The position numbers were made by a program, and so were the translations under genes. The notes under the pieces were generated by a model. It had not been told where the DNA came from, searched no databases, and saw only the letters and a list, made by a program, of their open reading frames with translations. A stretch of 32,000 nt of DNA from Alkalilimnicola ehrlichii MLHE-1 (GTDB lineage: Bacteria > Pseudomonadota > Gammaproteobacteria > Nitrococcales > Halorhodospiraceae). The stretch is from positions 60,001-92,000 of the forward strand of contig NC_008340.1 of assembly GCF_000014785.1 (NCBI RefSeq), in the 5' to 3' direction. Positions 24,616-32,000 of the stretch are shown in pieces. Every line of letters begins with the position of its first letter. Within the stretch, counting starts at the first letter, position 1.

Positions 24616-27321
24616 GTGAGGCTGGAACTGCGGACGCTGGGCAGGACCGAGGCCCGGCTTGATGGCGAGGCATTGCCGGGGCTGTGCCATACCAAGATCG
24701 GGCTGCTCCTGGTCTATCTGGCCGTTGAGCGGCCGCGCCGCGTGCCCCGCCTGGAACTGGCCGGGCGCTTCTGGCCGGACCAGGCGGCCGACGCCGGCCG
24801 GGCCAACCTGCGCCAAGCGCTGTTCCAACTGCGCCGGCAACTGGGCGGGGCGGCGGCAGACCTGCTGCAGGCGGACGCGCGCCAGGTGAGATTGCGGCCG
24901 GAGGCCGGGGTGTGGGTGGACGGTCTAAGGCTGGAGGCCTGCGTCCGGCCATCGGCGGCGCGGCAGCGACTCGACCCCGCGCAGTTGCTTACGGAGCTGA
25001 ACGCCTACCAGGGGCACTTTCTGGTCGACCTCGGTGTGTCCCCGGAGGCCACCGGGCTGGAGGACTGGCTGACCCAAAACCGGCAGCGTTTCTGGCGTGC
25101 GGCGCTCACCCTCCTGGAGCAGTGCCTGGAGGAGCGGCCGAGCCCGGAGGACAACGAGCGGATCCTGCGGGAGCTGCAACGCTTTCTGGACCTGGAACCC
25201 TTCGATGAGGTATTGCACCGGCTGATGATGCGGGGGCTGGCCGCCGGCCGCCAGCCCACCCGCGCCCTCGACCATTTCCTGGCCTTCGAGGCATTGCTGC
25301 GGCGCGAGCTGGACACCCGGCCCGGACCGACCCTGCGCCGGCTCTATAGCGAGCTGCGCGAGCGCCTGGCCCCCGCTGCCCAGGCCTCGGTGGAGGACGT
25401 CCGTCTGCGCCCTGAGCGCCGGCGCGTGGCCTTGGTGGTCTGTGACCTCCGCCCGCCCCCGCGCACTGCCGGGCAGACCGATGTGGAGACCCTGACCGCT
25501 GCCGTGCAGCAGGGGGTCACCCGGGTGGAGAGCGCGTTGTTCGAGCACCGGGGCCACATCGTCCGCCTGCCCTGGGCCTGCCTGCTGGGCTATTTCGGTT
25601 ATCCCAGCGGACGCGAGGAGGCCACCCTGGATGCCCTGCGCGCGGCCTGGGAGGCGTTGCAGAGCGGGCCCGCTGGGGTGCGCCCGCGGATCGCCGTGGA
25701 CTCCGACGTGATCATCACCGGCAGTGAGCCGGAGGTGCCGGATCCGGCCGGTCTGCTCACCGCCCGCGCGCTGAGCCTGGCGGAGCGCACTGCCCCGGGC
25801 ACGGTAGCGGTCTCGCCGGGGATTCGCGACCGTTTCCAGGGGCGCTTCCGTTTCGCCGGCGGTGGGACGTCGGCACCACGGCTGGTCAACAACCCCGGTC
25901 ATGCCGACCGGGTCGAGGCCCGGCTGGCGCGGGCAGCGGTCCCGCTGATCGGGCGGGCCGAGCCGCTGGCCCGGCTGCGCCGCGCCTGGCGTCAGGCCGC
26001 AGATGGCCGTTGCACCAGCCTGGTGATCCGCAGTGAGGCCGGGCTGGGGAAAAGCCGCCTGGCCCGCGGCCTGGCGGAAGAGGTCCGGGAGGAGGCGGCG
26101 CTGGTGCTGATGCTGCCCTGCCGCCAGCGCCTCAAGCGACAGTTGCTGATGCCGCTGCGCCAGGCCCTGGCCGGCTGGATCGGTCCCCGGCCGGACCAGC
26201 GCCGGGCCCGCGCCCGGCGGCGGCTACTGCAGGCGCGGCTGCGCCCCCATTTGGATCATGGCGCCGCCGCCCGCCGTCTGGCGGCCTGGCTGACCGACAC
26301 CGGCGACCGCGGTCTGATCCGCCAGGGCAGTGATCGCGACCGGGTGCTGGACAGCCTGGTCCAGGTACTGGCCGGTGAGACCCGGCGCGGGCCGGTGCTT
26401 ATCGTCTGTGATGACGCCCATTGGATCGACTCCGGTACCGCCGAACTGTTTCGCCGCATTCAGCGCCGCCTGGCGCGGCACCCGGTGCTGCTGATCCTCA
26501 CCGGCCGCATGAGCTTCCGCGCCGAGTGGCTACATACCGCGCCTGGGGAGTTGCGCCTGAGCGGCCTCTCCGGGCCGGACAGCCAGCGGCTGATCCGCGC
26601 CCTGGACGGCGATGGCGTGCTGCCGGAGGCCACCCGGCGCGCGATCAGCGCACGCGGCGAGGGTGTCCCGCTGTTCCTGGAGGAGCTGACCCTGCACGCC
26701 CTGCAGCGGCACCGGGGCGGCGAGCCCGGGGCGGCCCTGCCGCCGGGGTTGTCCGACCTGTTGGTCGCGCGGTTGGAGAGCCTGGGACCCTGTCGCGAGC
26801 TGGCCCACGCTGCTGCCGTCATCGGCCGGGAGTTCGACAGCCGCCTGCTGGCCCGCCTCACCGGCAGCAACCTGGACCAGGTGCAGACCCAGGTGAAGCG
26901 GTTGATGGCCCAGGGTTTCGTCGAGCGTGACGGCAGCCGCCTGCGGTTCCGGCACGCCCTGTTCCATCAGGCCGCCTACGAGGCCCTGTTGGCCACCGAG
27001 CGCCGGGCGCTGCACGGTCGCCTCGCGCAGTTGCTGGAGGAGGACGCCGCGCTCGGGCTGGACGCCCCGGACCACGAGGTACTGGCCGAGCACCTGCGTG
27101 AGGCGGGGCGTCCGGAGGAGGCGGTGGAGCACTGGCTGATGGCCGGGGAGCATGCCCTGGCTCTGGGCATGCTCCCCGAGGCGGAGCAGCATTGCGCCGA
27201 TGCACTGGCATTACTGGGACGGCTCACCGAGGCGGGGGGGCCGCCTGGGCGTCAGCGGAGCGATGGGCAGGCCCGAAAAAAAGGCGGGCCGGCTGAGCCG
27301 ACCCGCCCAACACAACGCTGA
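24616..27321 (+). CDS. SARP-type regulator: winged-helix/BTAD, degenerate class III cyclase-like domain, AAA+ (AAA_16/STAND-like) ATPase; the C-terminal repeat region appears truncated
   Basis: I prefer GTG 24616 (GGGGGAG RBS; the N-terminus VRLELRTLGRTEARLDGE is typical of SARPs). ATG 24577 is an alternative. The tracked 24169 start lies inside fetA. BTAD: ANLRQALFQLRRQLG...LNAYQGHFLVDL...DEVLHRLMMRGLAAGRQPTRALDHFLAFEALLRRELDTRPGPTLRRLY. Cyclase-like: ERRRVALVVCDL...LLGYFGYP...RIAVDSDVIITG. ATPase: Walker A SEAGLGKSRLA, Walker B VLIVCDDAHWID, and GEGVPLFLEELT. Confidence 0.8.
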   Translation: MRLELRTLGRTEARLDGEALPGLCHTKIGLLLVYLAVERPRRVPRLELAGRFWPDQAADAGRANLRQALFQLRRQLGGAAADLLQADARQVRLRPEAGVWVDGLRLEACVRPSAARQRLDPAQLLTELNAYQGHFLVDLGVSPEATGLEDWLTQNRQRFWRAALTLLEQCLEERPSPEDNERILRELQRFLDLEPFDEVLHRLMMRGLAAGRQPTRALDHFLAFEALLRRELDTRPGPTLRRLYSELRERLAPAAQASVEDVRLRPERRRVALVVCDLRPPPRTAGQTDVETLTAAVQQGVTRVESALFEHRGHIVRLPWACLLGYFGYPSGREEATLDALRAAWEALQSGPAGVRPRIAVDSDVIITGSEPEVPDPAGLLTARALSLAERTAPGTVAVSPGIRDRFQGRFRFAGGGTSAPRLVNNPGHADRVEARLARAAVPLIGRAEPLARLRRAWRQAADGRCTSLVIRSEAGLGKSRLARGLAEEVREEAALVLMLPCRQRLKRQLLMPLRQALAGWIGPRPDQRRARARRRLLQARLRPHLDHGAAARRLAAWLTDTGDRGLIRQGSDRDRVLDSLVQVLAGETRRGPVLIVCDDAHWIDSGTAELFRRIQRRLARHPVLLILTGRMSFRAEWLHTAPGELRLSGLSGPDSQRLIRALDGDGVLPEATRRAISARGEGVPLFLEELTLHALQRHRGGEPGAALPPGLSDLLVARLESLGPCRELAHAAAVIGREFDSRLLARLTGSNLDQVQTQVKRLMAQGFVERDGSRLRFRHALFHQAAYEALLATERRALHGRLAQLLEEDAALGLDAPDHEVLAEHLREAGRPEEAVEHWLMAGEHALALGMLPEAEQHCADALALLGRLTEAGGPPGRQRSDGQARKKGGPAEPTRPTQR
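27276..27307 (-). terminator. Rho-independent terminator oriented on the minus strand, inside the 3' end of the plus-strand SARP-type ORF
   Basis: On the minus strand this reads GGCGGGTCGGC-tca-GCCGGCCCGCC (10 of 11 bp paired) followed by TTTTTTT. The plus-strand A7 run is at 27276-27282 and the stem at 27283-27307. Confidence 0.6.
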
Positions 27322-27456
27322 AAGGGTAGGTATTCCATCGCGGCGGCGGGTGGCAGTGCCACCGGTGCGGGCGCCACGATGGGGGCATTCTCAGGGGGGC
27401 TTCACCCCGGCGCAAACCGGCCAATAACGGGGTAATAACGCCGCCGGGCGGCCCCG

Positions 27457-27482
27457 AAAAAAGCGGGCGCCGGAGCGCCCGC
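27457..27482 (-). terminator. Rho-independent terminator of amtB
   Basis: On the minus strand this reads GCGGGCGC-tccg-GCGCCCGC followed by TTTTTT. It starts 34 nt after the amtB stop. Confidence 0.7.
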
Positions 27483-27515
27483 AAAAGCCACCGCTGAAGG
27501 AGAAGTTGCCTGGCG

Positions 27516-28766
27516 TTACGTCTTGCTCTGCTGGACAAAGTCCGGGTAGGCCTCGATACCGCACTCGGTGATGTCCAGGCCCTGCTGCTCCTCTTCCTCG
27601 GTCACGCGGATCCCCATGACCGCCTTGAGGATCAGCCAGAGCACCAGGCTCACGCCGAAGGTCCAGGCGAAGATGGTCAGGATGCCCGCGATCTGGGCGA
27701 AGAAGCTGGCGTCGTCCATCCAGAGCAGGACGGCCATGACGCCCCAGATGCCGGCCGTGCCGTGGGCGGAGATCGCCCCGACGGGGTCGTCGATCTTGAG
27801 CTTGTCCAGGCCAACGATGGAGAGCACCACCAGCACGCCACCCACGGCACCGATGAAGGTCGCCAGCAGCAGACTCGGCGCATCCGGGCCGGCGGTGATG
27901 GAGACCAGACCGGCAATGGCGCCGTTCAGGGCCATGGTCAGGTCGGCCTTGCCGAACATCAGGCGGGCGGTGACCAGCGCCGCCACCACGCCGCCGGCCG
28001 CGGCCAGGTTGGTGTTGGCGAAGACCAGGGCCACCGCGTTGGCGGAGTCCACGTCGGAGACCTTGAGCTCGGAGCCGCCGTTGAAGCCGAACCAGCCCAG
28101 CCAGAGGATGAACACACCCAGCGTGGCCAGCGGCATGTTGGCGCCCGGGATGGGCCGCACCTCGCCGTTGGGGCCGTACTTGCCCTTACGCGGGCCCAGC
28201 ACCAGCACCGCGGCCAGGGCGGCGGAGGCACCGAACATGTGCACGATGCCCGAGCCGGCGTAGTCGGCGTAGCCCAGCTGGTCGAGGAAGCCCTCGCCCC
28301 AGCTCCAGTAGCCCTGGATGGGGTAGACGAAGCCGGTCAGCACCACCGCGAAGAGCAGGAAGGACCAGAGCTTCATGCGTTCGGCCACCGCCCCCGAAAT
28401 AATGGACATGGCCGTGGCCACAAACACCACCTGGAAGAAGAAGTCCGAGACGTCGGAGTAGTAGGAGGCCTCACCGGCCGCCACCGCCGCGGCGCTGTTG
28501 TCGGACGCGCCCAGGATGAAGCTGATGGATGGGATGACCGAACTCAGGCCGTCGCCGTACATGATGTTGTAGCCCACCACCATGTACATGATGCAGGCGA
28601 TGGCGTAGAGCGAGATGTTCTTGGTGAGGATTTCCGTGGTGTTCTTGGAACGGACCAGCCCCGCCTCCAGCATGGTAAAGCCGGCGGCCATCCACATGAC
28701 CAGCGCGCCGGATACCAGGAAGTAGAAGGTATCCAGGGCGTATGAGATTTCGCGTATCTCTTCCAT
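27516..28766 (-). CDS. amtB: Ammonium transporter (Amt family)
   Basis: AAGFTMLEAGLVRSKN, DYAGSGIVHMFGASAALAAVLVLGPRKG, ALNGAIAGLVSITA and HGTAGIWGVMAV are present. It lies immediately downstream of glnK. Confidence 0.97.
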   Translation of the reverse strand: MEEIREISYALDTFYFLVSGALVMWMAAGFTMLEAGLVRSKNTTEILTKNISLYAIACIMYMVVGYNIMYGDGLSSVIPSISFILGASDNSAAAVAAGEASYYSDVSDFFFQVVFVATAMSIISGAVAERMKLWSFLLFAVVLTGFVYPIQGYWSWGEGFLDQLGYADYAGSGIVHMFGASAALAAVLVLGPRKGKYGPNGEVRPIPGANMPLATLGVFILWLGWFGFNGGSELKVSDVDSANAVALVFANTNLAAAGGVVAALVTARLMFGKADLTMALNGAIAGLVSITAGPDAPSLLLATFIGAVGGVLVVLSIVGLDKLKIDDPVGAISAHGTAGIWGVMAVLLWMDDASFFAQIAGILTIFAWTFGVSLVLWLILKAVMGIRVTEEEEQQGLDITECGIEAYPDFVQQSKT

Positions 28767-28828
28767 TGCTTTGACTCCCGATGACCCTTGTGTCGATTGC
28801 TGTAGGGATCAGTGGTGAATGGACGGCC

Positions 28829-29179
<351 letters not shown>

Positions 29180-29242
29180 CTAACAGTCCTTGCCAAAACC
29201 CGCTTGAGGTCGAAACGCCTGATGGCGTTCGGCCGGAGGTGC

Positions 29243-29258
29243 TGCACGGGGCGTGCCA
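29243..29258 (-). promoter_or_regulatory. Sigma54 promoter of glnK-amtB
   Basis: The minus strand reads TGGCACgccccGTGCA, against the consensus TGGCAC-N5-TTGCA. The -12 GC lies about 77 nt upstream of the glnK ATG. Confidence 0.6.
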
Positions 29259-29355
29259 AAACCCTTAATACGCGGGAAAACAGGCCGTTGTTGCGCCTGT
29301 CCGGCGGCCTGCGCCATACTGCAATGCACCACGCGGGGGATCGCCCCGCGCCGGC

Positions 29356-29370
29356 GCACCAAATCGGTGC
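29356..29370. promoter_or_regulatory. NtrC-type enhancer site (GCACC-N5-GGTGC)
   Basis: cGCACCaaatcGGTGCg matches the NtrC consensus TGCACC-N5-GGTGCA. It lies about 100 bp upstream of the -24 element. Extra GCACC half-sites are at 29326-29330 and 29373-29377. Confidence 0.5.
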
Positions 29371-29409
29371 GACGCACCAAAGATGGGAAGCCACCCGGGA
29401 GAGATCGCC

Positions 29410-29724
29410 ATGCTGGACCCGAAGACCCTTGATGAAATGGCCAGGAAGTTCACCGCCAACCTGCCCGAGGGCGTGCAGCAGTTTCAGCGGGAAGTGGAGC
29501 AGAACGTGCGGGCCAGCCTGCAGGCCGGGTTCTCCCGGCTGGATCTGGTGACCCGTGAGGAGTTCGATGCCCAGGCCCGCGTGCTGGCGCGCACCCGCGC
29601 CCAATTGGAGGAACTGACCCAGCGGGTGGAGGCCCTGGAGGCCGCCGCCGCTGGGGGTGGCGACGCCGCCGCTCCGGCCGGGGAGAAGCCGCAGGACACG
29701 CAGGGCCAGGACAAGAAGGCCTAA
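29410..29724 (+). CDS. ubiK: Ubiquinone biosynthesis accessory factor UbiK (YqiC/BMFP family)
   Basis: MLDPKTLDEMARKFTANLPEGVQQFQREVEQNVRASLQAGFSRLDLVTREEFDAQARVLARTRAQLEEL aligns closely with my memory of E. coli YqiC. I prefer ATG 29410 (GGGAGAG RBS). Confidence 0.85.
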   Translation: MLDPKTLDEMARKFTANLPEGVQQFQREVEQNVRASLQAGFSRLDLVTREEFDAQARVLARTRAQLEELTQRVEALEAAAAGGGDAAAPAGEKPQDTQGQDKKA

Positions 29725-29787
29725 GCGCTCACAGACACTCCGCCCAGCGGAACCGGGCGGGGTTGCATCACAAGGAGGTGGACAGGG

Positions 29788-31305
29788 ATGTCATTGGCTG
29801 TGGTTCATACCCGGGCCTCGCTGGGGCTGGCCGCCCCGGAGGTCACCGTGGAGGTACACATCGGGCCCGGGCTGCCGGCACTGGCCATCGTCGGGCTGCC
29901 GGAGACCGCCGTGCGCGAGGCGCGCGAGCGGGTGCGCTCGGCGCTCACCATGGCGGGCTTTGAGTTCCCTGCCGGCCGCATCACGGTGAATCTCGCCCCC
30001 GCCGACCTGCCCAAGGGCGGCGGTCGTTACGATCTGCCCATCGCCCTGGGCATCCTCCGCGCCTCTGAACAGCTAAACGCCCCTCTGGGCGACTGGGAGT
30101 TCGCCGGCGAACTGGCCCTCAGCGGCCGCCTGCGGGCCATCCCCGGGCTGCTGCCGCTGGCGGTGCAGGCGCGCAAGGCCGGGCGGGGGCTGGTGGTGCC
30201 CGAGGCCTGCGGGGGCGAGGTGGCGTTGGTCCACCGCAACGCCCTGACCGCGGGGCATCTCCTGGATGTCTGTCGGCACCTGGGCGGTGAGGCCTGTCTG
30301 GCGCCGGCGTGTGCCCGGGCGTCGGAGCCGGCCGGGGCGCCGGTGGCGGACCTGGCCGACGTGCGCGGCCAGGCCGGCGCCCGACGGGCGCTGGAGATCG
30401 CCGCCGCCGGCGGCCACGCCCTCCTGCTGTGCGGCCCGCCGGGTACCGGCAAGAGCATGCTGGCGGCGCGCCTGCCGGGGATTCTGCCCGCCATGACCGA
30501 GGCCGAGGCCCTGGAGGCGGCGGCGGTGGCCTCGGTCAGCCATGCGGGGTTTCGTCCCGAGCAATGGGCCCGCCGGCCCTTCCGCCAGCCGCACCACAGC
30601 GCCTCACAGGCGGCGTTGATCGGCGGCGGGCGCAAGCCCGGGCCCGGCGAGGCCTCGTTGGCTCACCGCGGCATCCTGTTCCTGGACGAGCTGCCGGAGT
30701 TCAGTCGCGGCGCGTTGGAGGCCCTGCGTGAGCCGCTGGAGACCGGCGAGGTGCATATCTCCCGGGCCTCGGCCCGGGTCAGTTACCCGGCCCGGTTCCA
30801 GCTCATAGCGGCCATGAACCCCTGCCCCTGCGGCCACCTGGGGGACCCGGCCGGGCGTTGCCGCTGCACCCCGGAGCAGGTCCAGCGGTATCGCGGCCGG
30901 CTCTCCGGCCCACTGATGGACCGGCTGGACATGCAGGTGGCGGTGCCCCGGTTGAGCGCGACCGAATTACAGGTCGACGGGGCGACGGGGGAGGACAGTG
31001 AGGTGGTGCGGGCTCGGGTGACGGCGGCCCGGGCCCGGCAACAGGCCCGGGCGGGCGTGGAGAATGCGCACCTCCAGGGGCGGGCCCTGGAGGCCCATTG
31101 CCGGCTGGCGCCGACGGACGCCCGGTTGCTGGCCCGGGCCATGGAGCAGCTGGGGTTGTCCGCTCGGGCCTACCACCGGGTGTTGCGGCTGGCGCGCACC
31201 ATTGCCGATCTGGAGGGTGCGGACGCGATCCACTCCCCGCACCTGACCGAGGCGCTGGCCCTGCGCCGGGGCCTGGAGCCCGGTCGCGGTGCGGTCGGGC
31301 CCTGA
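29788..31305 (+). CDS. comM: YifB/ComM-family Mg-chelatase-like AAA+ ATPase
   Basis: MSLAVVHTRASLGLAAPEVTVEVHIGPGLPALAIVGLPETAVREARERVRSAL at the N-terminus. Walker A is GPPGTGKSMLA and Walker B is GILFLDELPEF. The zinc-like motif is NPCPCGHLGDPAGRCRC. An AAGGAGG RBS is present. Confidence 0.95.
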   Translation: MSLAVVHTRASLGLAAPEVTVEVHIGPGLPALAIVGLPETAVREARERVRSALTMAGFEFPAGRITVNLAPADLPKGGGRYDLPIALGILRASEQLNAPLGDWEFAGELALSGRLRAIPGLLPLAVQARKAGRGLVVPEACGGEVALVHRNALTAGHLLDVCRHLGGEACLAPACARASEPAGAPVADLADVRGQAGARRALEIAAAGGHALLLCGPPGTGKSMLAARLPGILPAMTEAEALEAAAVASVSHAGFRPEQWARRPFRQPHHSASQAALIGGGRKPGPGEASLAHRGILFLDELPEFSRGALEALREPLETGEVHISRASARVSYPARFQLIAAMNPCPCGHLGDPAGRCRCTPEQVQRYRGRLSGPLMDRLDMQVAVPRLSATELQVDGATGEDSEVVRARVTAARARQQARAGVENAHLQGRALEAHCRLAPTDARLLARAMEQLGLSARAYHRVLRLARTIADLEGADAIHSPHLTEALALRRGLEPGRGAVGP

Positions 31306-31328
31306 GGCCGGGCCCTTAGCAGCGGACC

Positions 31329-31883
31329 TTAGTAGTCCACGGCCAGCCCGGCCTCTTCCAGCATCCAGATCACCACCCAGCGCAGCTCGGTGTCGTCGGC
31401 GTCGGCGCCGCCGCGCGGGGGCATGGCGCCCATGCCGCTGATGACGTTGTTGACCAGGCCGTCCAGGCCGCGCTCCTCGAAGCGGGGGGCCCACTCGCCC
31501 TCCTCGCCCGTCACCGGAGAGCCGGCCACGCCGGTGGCGTGGCAGGCCATGCAGGCGGCCTGGTTGATCTGTTGCGCCACCTCGGCGTCGAAGGCGGGGC
31601 GCTCCTCCGGTTCGGCGGGTTCTTCCACCTCGGCGACCTCGGGGTCGACGTCGTCCTCGACCACGTCCGGGGCCTCGTCCCGCCCGGCGATGGCGACCTG
31701 GCCCACCGGGGCGATGGCCTGAAGCACCCGCTCGCGCTCATGCTCGGCGCGCTGCTCGGCCACGTGGCCGAGGGTGCCGCCGGTGTACTGGGAGAGGCCG
31801 GCCAGCGCCAGCGCAATCAGCGCCAGCAGGATGATGATTCCGATGAAGGTGTTTACGAAGGTCTGGTCCTGAGTCTTGCTCAC
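31329..31883 (-). CDS. Membrane-anchored c-type cytochrome (cytochrome c5-like)
   Basis: GTG start. The N-terminal TM is FIGIIILLALIALALAGL. An acidic Glu/Asp/Pro-rich linker follows. There is a single haem motif, CMACH, followed by GMGAMPPRGG (Met ligand region). Confidence 0.85.
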   Translation of the reverse strand: MSKTQDQTFVNTFIGIIILLALIALALAGLSQYTGGTLGHVAEQRAEHERERVLQAIAPVGQVAIAGRDEAPDVVEDDVDPEVAEVEEPAEPEERPAFDAEVAQQINQAACMACHATGVAGSPVTGEEGEWAPRFEERGLDGLVNNVISGMGAMPPRGGADADDTELRWVVIWMLEEAGLAVDY

Positions 31884-32000
31884 GTGGATTCCTCACCACT
31901 GGTGGTCAAATCAGTGCGAATAATACTTTTTCTTGGCCGCAAAGCTTGCCACGAAATGGGGTGCGTGGGTAGCCCTGACCGGCGGGCGTTGGTTCGCTCT

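Noticed and set aside
27349-27363. TGGCAC on the minus strand (within the palindrome GGTGGCAGTGCCACC) as a sigma54 promoter
   Set aside because: The downstream GC lies one base out of register with the obligatory -24/-12 spacing. I kept it only as a hairpin inside the candidate sRNA.

Overview
This is a GC-rich stretch (roughly two-thirds G+C by eye) of what looks like gammaproteobacterial chromosome. It is almost fully explained by 28 tightly packed CDS. I saw no rRNA, tRNA, CRISPR array, transposase or phage genes. From left to right: (1) The distal end of a type VI secretion locus: tssA (VasJ-type, possibly cut by the window edge), tssM, a sigma54-type promoter, hcp, a bare 99-aa PAAR protein, and a clearly lower-GC orphan TPR-like lipoprotein. 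(2) Core housekeeping synteny: dapF, DUF484, xerC; a TetR/AcuI-like pair; hslVU; DUF971, ubiE, ubiJ, ubiB; and divergent speA/speE. (3) A signalling and membrane block: a PAS-GAF-PAS-GGDEF-EAL protein, a zinc-ribbon RDD protein, and fetAB. (4) A large BTAD, cyclase-like, AAA+ (SARP/STAND-type) regulator that appears to lack its C-terminal repeat array; its ORF tail reads through an opposite-strand terminator. (5) glnK-amtB with a sigma54/NtrC-type control region, then ubiK, comM/yifB and a membrane-anchored cytochrome c5. The items most worth a second look are the Hcp/PAAR/low-GC lipoprotein cargo position with no visible effector, the decaying-looking SARP-type ATPase, and the terminator-bounded non-coding segment next to it (candidate small RNA with 11-bp-phased heptamer repeats). 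A duplicated operator with an apparently leaderless TetR gene is also of interest. I found no compelling evidence for a complete novel multi-gene system. All functional calls come from motif recognition by eye and need homology searches to confirm.
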